Part shown: positions 1 to 9,959 of the stretch, one piece after another
Layout: each line of letters begins with the position of its first letter
How positions within the stretch are numbered: position 1 is the stretch's first letter
Assembly (NCBI RefSeq): GCF_000195855.1
Contig: NC_002677.1
Coordinates: 660,001 to 692,000 of the forward strand
Direction: 5' to 3'
Source: Mycobacterium leprae TN
Lineage (GTDB): Bacteria > Actinomycetota > Actinomycetes > Mycobacteriales > Mycobacteriaceae
DNA length: 32,000 bases
Notes under the pieces: model-generated
Seen by the model: only the letters and a program-made list of their open reading frames with translations
The model's database searches: none
Told to the model about the DNA's origin: nothing
Program-made: the position numbers and the translations under genes

Positions 1-2
1 CG

Positions 3-932
3 TGCGGAGTTAACATTGGCATCGGCGCTCAGTCGTCTGACATTGCTCAAGGCGTCAATACCGCCCATGAAGTACGCGTCGAGGGCGCGGCGGATCCGCT
101 GGACGCCCAGGGTGCTGGTGACCAAGGCCTGATGTTCGGTTACGCGATCAATGACACCCCGGAACTGATGCCGCTACCGATTGCACTGGCCCACCGACTG
201 GCGCGAAGGCTGACCGAGGTACGCAAGAACGGCGTGCTGCCCTACCTGCGTTCCGACGGCAAGACCCAGGTCACTATCGCCTACGAGGACAATGTCCCAG
301 TGCGTTTGGACACTGTGGTCATCTCCACTCAGCACGCCGCTGGTGTCGACCTGGATGCCACGCTGGCTCCTGATATCCGGGAGAAGGTGCTCAACACCGT
401 TATTGACGATCTGTCTCATGACACCTTGGATGTATCGTCGGTGCGGGTGCTGGTAAACCCGACCGGCAAGTTCGTGCTAGGTGGGCCGATGGGCGATGCC
501 GGGCTCACCGGTCGCAAGATCATCGTCGACACCTACGGTGGCTGGGCGCGTCACGGCGGCGGCGCCTTCTCTGGCAAGGATCCGTCCAAGGTGGACCGGT
601 CGGCAGCCTACGCGATGCGCTGGGTGGCCAAGAACATCGTCGCTGCCGGGCTGGCGGAGCGAATCGAGGTGCAGGTGGCATACGCCATCGGCAAAGCCGC
701 CCCGGTCGGTTTGTTCGTCGAGACCTTTGGCACTGAGGCGGTCGATCCGGCCAAAATCGAGAAAGCCATCGGCGAGGTGTTCGATCTGCGTCCCGGCGCG
801 ATCATCCGCGACCTGCATCTGCTGCGCCCAATTTACGCGCAAACCGCTGCCTATGGGCACTTCGGTCGCACTGACGTCGAACTGCCATGGGAGCAGCTCA
901 ACAAAGTCGACGATCTCAAGCGCGCCATCTAG
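3..932 (+). CDS. metK: S-adenosylmethionine synthetase, 3' part (5' end outside window)
   Basis: Frame 3 is open from the window edge: [18 protein letters not shown]...[12 protein letters not shown]...[51 protein letters not shown], the MetK signature motifs. Stop TAG at 930-932. Confidence 0.97.
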   Translation, partial: CGVNIGIGAQSSDIAQGVNTAHEVRVEGAADPLDAQGAGDQGLMFGYAINDTPELMPLPIALAHRLARRLTEVRKNGVLPYLRSDGKTQVTIAYEDNVPVRLDTVVISTQHAAGVDLDATLAPDIREKVLNTVIDDLSHDTLDVSSVRVLVNPTGKFVLGGPMGDAGLTGRKIIVDTYGGWARHGGGAFSGKDPSKVDRSAAYAMRWVAKNIVAAGLAERIEVQVAYAIGKAAPVGLFVETFGTEAVDPAKIEKAIGEVFDLRPGAIIRDLHLLRPIYAQTAAYGHFGRTDVELPWEQLNKVDDLKRAI

Positions 933-999
933 GGGCGCCGCATCGTTCACATGGCGGGTGGCATGGGGTGGTCGTGGTCAAGCGCGGGCAGGCCGTCGA

Positions 1000-1535
1000 T
1001 GCTGAGTCGGTTGACTTCGGCGAGGTGAGCTAACTTCTCATGGGTGGTCTTTGCTGTACGCCGCGACGAGCGTTGGCCGCTCATCGACAGCTCGTATTAA
1101 GCTACTGCGTAGAGCATCCGCATGCATAGGCGATTATCTCGACGTCAATGACGATGGTTCCCTGCAGACCTTGCTGCGGGGAACCGAAATGCGTTTGCAG
1201 ATTGTCCAATTCAAAGTTGTCTCGCCACACGACCCGGCCTGTGCCTAATAGTAACAAGATTAGCGAGCTGCGGGGTAACGAGCAGAGCATAATGGTGATA
1301 CAGCCATTGTCACTTAAGTGGGTGATGGTTTCAGCTCCGCTAACGAACAGATCGAAAATAGTTGACGGTATGGTGGTCTAGCACCACGCTTGTATCCTTG
1401 TATCAGGGTATCTCTTGGGCGAGAGGTTGATTCGGTTTCCTTGGGGCGGTGTAGTTGTTAGGAAAGGCATGGCCTGTTTGCCGATGAATTCTCGCAGCGG
1501 CGGGTTAAGGTGCGAAAACTTCTTCACCACCGAGA
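1000..1535 (-). pseudogene. Remnant of a pyridoxamine-5'-phosphate-oxidase-like (PNPOx fold) protein
   Basis: Minus-strand fragments in changing frames: 'VKKFSHLNPPLREFIGKQAMPFLTTTPPQGNRINLSP', then 'GAETITHLSDNGCITIMLCSLPRSSLILLLLGTGRVVW...TIVIDVEIIAYACG'. The order and motifs resemble the PNPOx family (RxxLxLYGxGRVV). Boundaries are approximate. Confidence 0.6.
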
Positions 1536-1569
1536 ATCTCCTTCCAACACATCATGGGCTAACCAGAGA

Positions 1570-2540
1570 AGCCAGCCTACTGTGACGAGGAATGCAGCGC
1601 CTTCAGGACCCGGCTCATCGCCTCGGCGTCGGGCGCAACCAGGGAGCGAGGCTGATGTAGCCGTGCAACATGGTCGCTCGTGGCGCCACTTTGTTGGCAC
1701 TCCGGCCGAGTTGAGGGGTAGGCGTACTGAGCTCCGTCGTATCGCATTGAGGTCATGTTCGGTGACGTCGATGAAGGCAGGAAGTAGACCGAATAATATA
1801 GGTCGGCGGCATTGGCTGGGGCTGGGTGGCAGGAAGTGTTGTGTAGTCGCGGATGTCGAGGGCAGGAACGTACCAGGTCAGAAATGCATTCAATTACGTT
1901 GCGGGCCAGAATCCTTGCATCGGCATTCTGGGTGAAAGACGGGTAGCGATAGGTCAGCCGTGGTTGGCGGGTACCGCAACAATTGGAAAACTACGTTCGA
2001 TCCGCCACTATCACGATTGTCGCAGGCCAGCTGTGTCATGCTCGCTGAGATGTTGCTACCTGCGGAATCACCAGCGACAGCGATCCTGCGTGGGGCACCG
2101 CCTAGCTCGGCGACATGCTCAACTACCCGCTTGTCCTCAATTCTGGCCGGTAACGGATGCTCCGGTGCCAGTCGGTAGCTGACAAACAACACGATGGCTG
2201 TTCATGTCGGCGGCGTGCCTGCGGCTGATCGCGTCGTGGGTGTCCAGGCTCCCGATAGACTAGTGGCCGCCGTGGTAGTAGACGACAATGGGCCAGCTGT
2301 TAAATGATGCTAGTGGGAGACCAATAGATCCGAACCGGGATGTCGGTGAGTTCGCTTATATCCGACGGTCCGATCCGCAAGTCGGGAAACATCTCCGGAG
2401 GTGCTTCGAACTGCTTGAGTTTCGCGCGTGCGACTTCGATGCCGTCGGCGACGTTTAAGGTCGGCGGGAATACGTCGAGCAGCGCCTTGAGCGTCGGGTC
2501 GATATCTGGGCCGTGAGGCCGTGGGCTCCGTCATTGGTCT
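1570..2540 (-). pseudogene. Alpha/beta hydrolase (hormone-sensitive-lipase-type esterase) pseudogene, left copy, LipH/NlhH-like
   Basis: Minus-strand fragments in order: N-terminus 2534 'MTEPTASRPRYRPDAQGAARRIPADLKR...TVGY', 'SYRLAPEHPLPARIEDK', 'IAVAGDSAGSNISASMTQLA' (GDSAG nucleophile elbow), 'FLTWYVPALDIRDYTTLP'. Frameshifted. Confidence 0.75.
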
Positions 2541-2569
2541 ACCGTACGTACCGGGGGCTCTAAGGAGTG

Positions 2570-3540
2570 CAACGCTGCCCGCAGCGCGGCTAGTTCACGA
2601 TCCAGCGTGGTGGTGGCCGCGGGCATCACACCCGTGTAGTCGTGCACCACCGTCCCGGCATTGTGCATCTTGACGGGACTCCAGCGGCTGTCAGCAACAT
2701 CCCGTACCGTATCCCGTTGTCGTCCAACTGGTCATAACCGGCCATGCCGATATAGGAAACTGGCAGATCGGGTAGGTTCTTGGCCCACCCCGGCTTGCGG
2801 GTTGGATATCAGTTGATTTCTCCTGTCTACCAACGGTAGAACGCAGCTATCGCTGCGACAGCAAGATTCGGGGCAGTGGCGTTCTCTTGAAACGACGGCA
2901 GGACAGGTACCACAGCGTGGAGTAGTACCACAACAGCTGGGACGCCCGCTAGCGGAGGTCCGCCATTATGGGTGCCGGGATGGGCATGGTCGCGGGCGCG
3001 TTGCGTGATCACCACGGCGGTGGTTACACCCGCTGAGTTCCCGGCGACGGCCTTCTGAGTTCTGTTTCCACCTAATCTCGGGTTCGTGTTTGGGCTACCC
3101 ATAACGTTGCAGCCCAGGCTTCTTCGATGGCAGCGGGGGGGGTGCGGGTGCCAATTGGTACCTAGACGGATACCATGGTCGCGTCGGCGCTCACGACGTG
3201 CAGGCGGTAGGATCCATCATGGGTATCGAGGTTGTGCCTATGACGAAGCCTCCGCCGTGGAAATACAGCATGATGGGGTGCCGGTAATTTCCCATGTTGC
3301 GCACAGGATGGATGGTGGCCAATAGATCCGGATGCCGATAGGGTCTTTTGGGTCGGGAAGGCCCGATTCTCGACGTGCAGTTCGGGGTGGGCAGTTCGGC
3401 GCAGCAGGTTACGCAACCGTTGCCGGACTACCTCGATCCCATCGCTGGCGGATAGCCGGAACGTAACCTCATCGAGTACCTTCGGTAAGATGGGTTCGGT
3501 CGTTGCGGCGGAATACCCCATCCTCCGCGAGCGGCGTTGG
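2570..3540 (-). pseudogene. Second tandem esterase pseudogene, LipI-like
   Basis: Minus-strand fragments: 'YHGGGFVIG..LDTHDG'-like stretch near 3200-3260, 'VAGNSAGVTTAVVITQRARDHAHPG' (2827-3102 ORF), and a C-terminal 'VVHDYTGV...RELAALRAAL' near 2600. Same family as the neighbouring left copy. Confidence 0.65.
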
Positions 3541-3780
3541 GGTATTCCGAGTTACTGTTGTCGGCGGCCGGCGACTGCTTGTTGGCGATCTCGTGTTTGA
3601 CAGAATCATCTGGCTACATTCCTGTTGGCGCACGTCTATTCCTGGCTGTATTAGTGCTGCTGCTGGCGCCGTCCTGGACTTGTGTGACCTGCGTTATCCT
3701 GGTGTGTTTACCCTCCGGTGGCTCTGCTGACCTGGTTCTGGTCTTACCTGGGCGGCTAACAAACTGACGATTCCGGTGAC
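3540..3780 (+). pseudogene. Possible membrane-protein remnant (position of Rv1401)
   Basis: Short hydrophobic fragments in two plus frames (3503..3730, 3537..3767). The assignment rests mainly on synteny between lipI and priA. Confidence 0.2.
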
Positions 3781-4172
3781 GGTCTACATTGTCGTTTTAT
3801 GCTCAAATGATCTGCACTGAGCTACTGGCGTAGCTGCCGACGATCTGGACCGCGGTGAGGCCGGTGTTGTTTCGCGGAGTCGGGCGCGACGATTGCCGTC
3901 GTCCGGTTCATCCTGGGCAACGAGGTGGTGGCGATGTTTATCTGGTGGTCGTATGCCACGGACGTGATCTTGATCATAGCTAGGTTTTCTTCGGTCGAGA
4001 GTAGCCGAATAACGCACCCGAGTCCGCTGAATTTTAGGGGTTCAGTGGTTGCGGCTACCGTGTACAAGGTTGTCCGTCAGAATGCCGGCTGCAGTATCGT
4101 AGGTTGCGAAATTATAGGAAAGTTGTTGTATAGAAATATATTTCGGCGAAGATTTGGATATCGAGACAACCG

Positions 4173-6215
4173 TTGTGGCTGGTCGGTTGGCTCGACGTGA
4201 TCCGGGCCAGTGGTGCCCGCACGCCCGTTGCGGTGGAGCCCATCGCGCGAGTGTTGCCGATGCTGTCGGTGCCGCATCTGGATCGCGAGTTTGATTACCT
4301 GGTATCCGCCGAGCAGTCTGACGATGCTCAACCGGGGGTGCGGGTGCGGGTGCGGTTCCATGGTCGGCTGGTCGACGGGTTTGTGCTGGAGCGCCGTAAT
4401 GACACAGAGCACTTCGGCAAATTGGGCTGGCTGGATCGTGTAGTATCCGCTCAACCGGTACTCACCGCAGAAGTACGTCGGCTGGTCGACGCGGTAGTGG
4501 CTCGCTATGCTGGGACTAGACCGGATGTGTTGCGGTTGGCGGTGCCAACTCGGCATGCCAGAGTGGAGCGAGAAACCCTTGCGATCCCCGTGTCACCGCT
4601 CCCGTTGATTCCGGGGCCGGTCGACCCGTCGGGCTGGGAGGTTTACGGTCGTGGCGGGCAGTTCCTGACTGCGCTGGCCGAGTCGCGCGCCGCCCGCGCC
4701 GTCTGGCAAGCGCTACCCGGCGAGCAATGGGCGGACCGATTTGCCGAGGCTGCCGCGCAAGCCATCCGCGCCGGACGGGCGGCATTGGCGATCGTGCCTG
4801 ATCAACGGGATTTGGATGTACTGTGGCGGGCCGTGACGACTCGGGTCGACGAACGTAGTGTGGTGGCTCTCTCAGCGGGCCTGGGTCAGGCAGTGCGGTA
4901 TCAGCGTTGGCTGAAGGTGTTGCGCGGCAGCGCGCGGCTAGTGATCGGCACCCGCAGTGCGGTGTTCGCGCCGGTCAACGACCTGGGTTTGGTCATGGTC
5001 TGGTCTGATGCCGACGACATGTTGGCCGAGCCGCGGGCACCCTATCCGCATGCCCGTGAAGTGGCTATGTTGCGCGCGTATCAGGCACGCTGCGCAGCAT
5101 TGATCGGCGGCTACACCCGGACGGCAGAAGCCCACGCGTTGGTGCGCAGCGGATGGGCCCACGATGTGGTTGCCGCACGTTCTGTGGTTCGTGCTCGTGC
5201 TCCGCGGGTAGTGGCTCTCGACGACAGCGGATACGCCGAGGAAAGTGACCCGGCAGCCCGCACTGCGCGACTTCCGTCGATTGCACTGCGCGCGGCCCGC
5301 TCGGCGCTTGCGGCTGGAGCACCGGTGCTGGTGCAGGTGCCGCGGCGTGGGTATGTGCCATCGTTGGCCTGCGGGCGTTGCCGTACATTAGCCCGTTGTC
5401 GACACTGCACGGGTCCGCTTTCGCTGCTAGACCGTGCCACCCCCGGTACCGTCTGTTGCTGGTGCGGCCGAGCCGATCTGACGTTACGTTGCGCGCGCTG
5501 CGGGTCGGAGGTGGTGCGCGCGGTGGTGGTTGGGGCTCGCCGCACGGCCGAAGAGCTCGGCCGTGCGTTCGCCGGTATGCCGGTCATCACCTCGGTGGGC
5601 GACACCATCGTGCCGGAAGTCGGTGCCCGACCGGCTCTGGTGGTCGCCACCCCCGGGGCTGAACCGCGTGCTCCAGGTGGGTACGGGGCAGCGCTGCTGC
5701 TGGATACCTGGGCATTGCTAGGCCGGCAAGATCTGCGAGCGGCCGAGGAAGCCCTGTGGCGTTGGATGACCGCGGCCGCATTAGTGCGTGCGCGGGGTGA
5801 TGGGGGGGTGGTGATGGTAGTCGCTGAAGCATCTATTCCGACAGTGCAGTCCTTGATGCGCTGGGATCCGGCCAGTCACGCGGAGGCTGAACTGGCGGCT
5901 AGAACCGAAGTTGGCTTGCCACCTAGCGTGCACATCGCGGCAGTCGATGGTACCACCGGCGCAGTTAACGAGTTGTTGCAGGAGGCCCGGTTGCCCGATG
6001 AAGCCGATTTGCTCGGCCCGGTGGACCTGCCGCAGGGTGTGCGCCGCCCAGCAGGCACCCCCCTCGGCGCACCGATCAGCAGGCTGTTGGTACGGGTGCC
6101 TCGTGAGCAGGGCTGGCAACTGGCAGCGAGTCTGCGGCGTGGCATCGGCGTGCTGAGCGTGCGGCAAACTCATCAACTGGTCCGTGTGCAGATTGACCCG
6201 CTGCACATCGGATAG
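4173..6215 (+). CDS. priA: Primosomal protein N'-like PriA (probably helicase-inactive); the true start may lie slightly downstream of 4173
   Basis: 680-aa ORF: 'ARVLPMLSVPHLDREFDYLVSAEQSDDAQPGVRVRVRFHGRLVDGFVLER...', zinc-binding Cys cluster 'CGRCRTLARCRHCTG...CCWCGRADLTLRCARCGS'. Confidence 0.93.
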   Translation: MWLVGWLDVIRASGARTPVAVEPIARVLPMLSVPHLDREFDYLVSAEQSDDAQPGVRVRVRFHGRLVDGFVLERRNDTEHFGKLGWLDRVVSAQPVLTAEVRRLVDAVVARYAGTRPDVLRLAVPTRHARVERETLAIPVSPLPLIPGPVDPSGWEVYGRGGQFLTALAESRAARAVWQALPGEQWADRFAEAAAQAIRAGRAALAIVPDQRDLDVLWRAVTTRVDERSVVALSAGLGQAVRYQRWLKVLRGSARLVIGTRSAVFAPVNDLGLVMVWSDADDMLAEPRAPYPHAREVAMLRAYQARCAALIGGYTRTAEAHALVRSGWAHDVVAARSVVRARAPRVVALDDSGYAEESDPAARTARLPSIALRAARSALAAGAPVLVQVPRRGYVPSLACGRCRTLARCRHCTGPLSLLDRATPGTVCCWCGRADLTLRCARCGSEVVRAVVVGARRTAEELGRAFAGMPVITSVGDTIVPEVGARPALVVATPGAEPRAPGGYGAALLLDTWALLGRQDLRAAEEALWRWMTAAALVRARGDGGVVMVVAEASIPTVQSLMRWDPASHAEAELAARTEVGLPPSVHIAAVDGTTGAVNELLQEARLPDEADLLGPVDLPQGVRRPAGTPLGAPISRLLVRVPREQGWQLAASLRRGIGVLSVRQTHQLVRVQIDPLHIG

Positions 6216-6217
6216 CC

Positions 6218-7140
6218 TCACAGCTTGCGGGCGACGAAAATCAAGTATTGTCACTCTAACTTATTGCTCCCCTACTTCAGACGTTGCCGGCTGAGCTCGG
6301 CGAGTTTGGCATCGAGTGCCGCTATGCGTTTGAGGCCGTCGGCGATGTTGAGTTAGGCAATCGATCATCGGGCCGTATACGGTCTCGAAGTAGTCACGGT
6401 ATGTTTTGGGGGAGCAGAACCGTTCCACTGTCAAGCATTCGTGTTGTGTGCGAATATCATTGACGTGGTTGCGCAGCAAGTCGAAGTCGTTCGCATAATC
6501 CTCGCTTCCTCACCACACCTCCGGGGGCTCATCCGGCGTGAAAGCCGGTCGGTACAGTGTCAATCTGATGGTGGAAAACAATCGACAGTAGAACTCCTTC
6601 GGGTGTTCAGCTGATCAATCCGATCGTACCGCGACGACACACCCGGGCTAGTGCAATCAGTAGCGTGTTGATGAGGTGGGGCGAACAGCACTCCGGTTGC
6701 TGAGAGTAATGCGTCAAATTCCCCAACGCCGAACGGCAGAGCTTCGGCGTTGGCGTCCCGCCAGTCGAGCTCAAGACTCGTTGCTGCCGCCTTCATCAAG
6801 GCGGCAGCAACCCGGGTGTCAGATCGCTGGTAACGACATGGGCACCGGCTATAGCGGCAGGGGAGTGAGACCTTGCACCAGCCGGCGCCTACGTCAAGCA
6901 CGCGATAGCTGGAACGCATGCCGGTGGCAGAACAACAAGGTTGTACGTTGGGCGACGTTGGTCCCCTCGAAGTGTCGCCAGGACCTCGTCGGTTATGGAC
7001 GCGTGAGTAACCCAGGGTCCACAGTGCCTGATGCGTGGTCGTTGGGATAAGGAGCGTACTGCTCGGGTCCACTGGTTGCAGCGAAAACCATCGGATTTCT
7101 TGGAGAATGCAACATGACACAACGAGGGACTTCAACTCCG
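6218..7140 (-). pseudogene. SAM-dependent methyltransferase pseudogene, paralogue of the intact gene at 7998-8822 (Rv1403c-like)
   Basis: Minus fragments: 'LDVGAG', 'AAATSLELDWRDANAEALPFGVGEFDALLSATGVLFAPPHQH', 'NHVNDIRTQHECLTVERFCSPKTYRDYFETVYGPMID', 'YLIFVARKL*'. They line up with LEYREADAQALPFGDGEFDVVMSAIGVMFAPDH...VKTERRQLEVKRFNSAEGVHNYFKNHYGPTIE of the intact copy. Confidence 0.88.
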
Positions 7141-7330
7141 ATCCGACCTCGCCGTCGAGGGCAGGAATTTTCTACTAGCAACCTAGATCATGTTCCGCAG
7201 CAATAGTGTGTGCGTGCAATAGTCTTTTATAGTTGCCACGCTGTAAGGCTGTTACAGTTTTTATGCGTTTAGTCCGTGTAGTGCAACAATGACGTTGGCG
7301 GCCTGAGAAGGCTTTGGACATGGGGGCACG

Positions 7331-7816
7331 ATGGTAACGGACGATGCGACTGTAGCTGATGAGTCGTTGGATGACATCACCGATGCCTTGCTGACAGCGT
7401 CCCGGTTGTTGGTTGCTGTCTCAGCTCACTCAATCGGCCAAGTCGACGAGACCATTACCTTTCCGCAGTTTCGAACACTGGTGATCTTGTCCAATCGGGG
7501 TCCGGTCAACTTGGCAACCTTGGCTGGTTTGTTGGGTGTGCAACCGTCGGCTACCGGCCGTATGGTCGATCGCTTGGTCGCCGCCAGGCTAATCGATCGC
7601 TTGCCGCATCCGACCTCTCGGCGGGAACTGCTCGTAGCGTTGACCAAGCGTGGACGGGAGGTCGTTAGGCGGGTCACCGCACAGCGGCGTGTCGAGATCG
7701 CTCGAATCGTAGAAAAAATGCCGCCCTCCGAACGTCTTGGACTGGTGCGAGCCCTGACTGCATTCAGCACTGCTGGCGGTGAGCCAGACGTACGTCTCGA
7801 TATAATCTCAATATAA
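7331..7816 (+). CDS. MarR-family transcriptional regulator (Rv1404-like)
   Basis: 161-aa ORF with MarR winged-helix features: 'LVILSNRGPVNLATLAGLLGVQPSATGRMVDRLVAARLIDRLPHPTSRRELLVALTKRGREVV'. Confidence 0.93.
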   Translation: MVTDDATVADESLDDITDALLTASRLLVAVSAHSIGQVDETITFPQFRTLVILSNRGPVNLATLAGLLGVQPSATGRMVDRLVAARLIDRLPHPTSRRELLVALTKRGREVVRRVTAQRRVEIARIVEKMPPSERLGLVRALTAFSTAGGEPDVRLDIISI

Positions 7817-7874
7817 ATCATGATAATGAGATGTAATTATAATCTCAATATAAATCATGATAATGAGATGTAAT
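7801..7874. repeat. Perfect tandem duplication of a 37-bp AT-rich unit
   Basis: TATAATCTCAATATAAATCATGATAATGAGATGTAAT occurs at 7801-7837 and identically at 7838-7874, overlapping the last codons and stop of the MarR gene. Confidence 0.95.
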
Positions 7875-7997
7875 GTAGGTGGGGCCACGGCTCTGCTGTT
7901 AGCTGTTAATAGCGCGTGGCTAATTCTTTCTTCCTTGTGGCAGCGCCTCGAGCTCGGCATTGGGGGAGGGGGGGGCCGAGCTCGAGGCGGCCGGTCT

Positions 7998-8822
7998 TCA
8001 GTGTTTTTGCGCGGTGAGCAATAGATATTCCCAACCCATAGTGCTGTTGGTTAGGTATTTTTGTGCGAGTTCGGTGAGTTGCGCATCGAGTTCAGCGGCG
8101 AGTACTGAGTTGTCGCCGATGTTTGTGTAGGCCTCGATCGTCGGGCCGTAATGGTTCTTGAAGTAATTGTGGACGCCCTCGGCGGAGTTGAACCGCTTTA
8201 CCTCGAGCTGTCTGCGTTCTGTTTTGACGTTGGTGACGGTGTCGTCTAGTAGCCCTCGGATGTAGGCCTCGCGTCCCCATAGTGCCGCCGGGGGTAAAGC
8301 TGCAGAGAGGCTTGGCCGGTATGGCCTGATGGTAGCCAGCATTCGGCCGAAGAATCCCTCTTGTGTCCAGCTGATCACACCGATTGTCCCGTTGGGTCGG
8401 CAAACTCGAACTAGCTCGCTGGCAGCGCGTCGATGGTCTGGCGCGAACATCACGCCGATTGCTGACATCACGACATCGAACTCTCCGTCACCAAACGGCA
8501 GGGCTTGTGCATCGGCTTCTCGGTATTCGAGCGTCAATCCGAGCTCAGTGGCCCTGGCTTGGGAACGCTGCAACAGCTCCGGCGTCAGGTCGGTGGAGAC
8601 AATGGTGGCGCCCGTCTTGGCAGCGGGAAGCGAGATGTTGCCAGAGCCGGCAGCGACGTCGAGTACTTGCATGCCCGGTCGAATGCCCGTGGCGGTGACC
8701 AGGATTGGTCCGAGTGGGGCCATCACCTCTTCGGCCATCAGGGCGTAGTCGCCCAGTGCCCACATCGCCCGATGAATAGCCGCAAGCGACTGATCCTCGT
8801 GGATGGGGGTGTAGAGGTTCAT
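7998..8822 (-). CDS. SAM-dependent methyltransferase (Rv1405c-like)
   Basis: 'GMQVLDVAAGSGNISLPAAKTGATIVSTDLTPELLQRS' (SAM-binding motif I). The ORF extends to 8843, but the ATG at 8822 (MNLYTPIHED) is preceded by GGGAGGAG on the minus strand. Confidence 0.92.
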   Translation of the reverse strand: MNLYTPIHEDQSLAAIHRAMWALGDYALMAEEVMAPLGPILVTATGIRPGMQVLDVAAGSGNISLPAAKTGATIVSTDLTPELLQRSQARATELGLTLEYREADAQALPFGDGEFDVVMSAIGVMFAPDHRRAASELVRVCRPNGTIGVISWTQEGFFGRMLATIRPYRPSLSAALPPAALWGREAYIRGLLDDTVTNVKTERRQLEVKRFNSAEGVHNYFKNHYGPTIEAYTNIGDNSVLAAELDAQLTELAQKYLTNSTMGWEYLLLTAQKH

Positions 8823-9008
8823 TCGGTCTCCTCCCAAGTGCAATCGTGCTCGCTAGAAATAATAAGCACTAGCAATGGTAAATGTCCATAACATATGATA
8901 AATGTATATAACATCTGTATATGTACGTATATCGCTTATGTGGCTTACTTCACATGTGCACAGGTTGCGGGATAGCAAGGACTTGGAGACCGTTTTTAGA
9001 CTGTGCTG

Positions 9009-9959
9009 GTGCGTCTCGTGTTTGCCGGTACCCCTGAATCTGCGCTGCCCGCGCTGTGTCGTCTTATCGACTCGCCCCGTCATGACGTGATTGCGGTGTT
9101 GACCCGGCCCGACGCCGCATCTGGTCGGCGAGGCAAGCCAGAGCCGTCTCCTGTGGCCCGCGAGGCGCTTGACCGTGGCATTCCGTTGCTGCGGCCAGCG
9201 CGGCCGAACTCGCCCGTGTTCGTTAGTGAACTATCGGAGTGGGCCCCCGAGTGTTGTGTGGTGGTGGCCTACGGCGCACTGCTGGGCAGTCCGTTGCTCG
9301 CAGTGCCCCCGCGGGGCTGGGTTAACTTGCACTTCTCGCTGCTGCCGGCTTGGCGTGGCGCGGCGCCGGTGCAAGCGGCGATCGCCGCCGGGGACACGAT
9401 CACCGGAGCGACAACGTTCCAGATCGAGCCGAGCTTGGATTCTGGACCGGTTTACGGAGTGGTCACCGAGACGATCCAGCCGACTGACACCGCCGGCGAT
9501 CTGCTTGAGCGACTGGCGGTTTCCGGGGCTACACTGCTGTCGAGCACACTGGACGGCATCGCCGACGCTATATTGACGCCGCGACAGCAACCTGTCGACG
9601 GGGTCAGCTTCGCGCCGAAAATAACTGTTGAGCAGGCCCGGGTGTGTTGGGATCTTCCGGCACCGGTTGTTGAGCGTCGTATTCGGGCGGTCACGCCCAA
9701 TCCGGGTGCATGGACACTTGTCGGTAAGTTACGGGTCAAACTTGGACCGGTGCGCTTTGATTCTGGCGCTGTTGAGGTGCCGAGGTTGTTAAAGCCCTTG
9801 CTGCCCGGTGGTATTCATGTAGACCACAAAAGCGTCTGGATCGGCACTGGCTCAGATCCGGTGCGGTTGAGCAAAGTGCAACCGCAGGGAAAGAAATTCA
9901 TGAACGCTGTAGACTGGGCGCATGGCGCCCGACTGGATCCCGCAGCGCGGGCATCATGA
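9009..9959 (+). CDS. fmt: Methionyl-tRNA formyltransferase (GTG start at 9009; the alternative start at 9003 is also GTG)
   Basis: '[19 protein letters not shown]...[45 protein letters not shown]', the Fmt signature. Confidence 0.96.
   Translation: MRLVFAGTPESALPALCRLIDSPRHDVIAVLTRPDAASGRRGKPEPSPVAREALDRGIPLLRPARPNSPVFVSELSEWAPECCVVVAYGALLGSPLLAVPPRGWVNLHFSLLPAWRGAAPVQAAIAAGDTITGATTFQIEPSLDSGPVYGVVTETIQPTDTAGDLLERLAVSGATLLSSTLDGIADAILTPRQQPVDGVSFAPKITVEQARVCWDLPAPVVERRIRAVTPNPGAWTLVGKLRVKLGPVRFDSGAVEVPRLLKPLLPGGIHVDHKSVWIGTGSDPVRLSKVQPQGKKFMNAVDWAHGARLDPAARAS

Noticed and set aside
477-950. 157-aa minus-strand ORF opposite metK (and similar ORFs 174-419, 608-805)
   Set aside because: Antisense shadows of the strongly supported metK frame in GC-rich codons; no family signature.
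3822-4200. Overlapping plus (3925-4200) and minus (3822-4067, 3784-4017) ORFs before priA
   Set aside because: Short, mutually overlapping, no family similarity; consistent with chance ORFs in decayed sequence.
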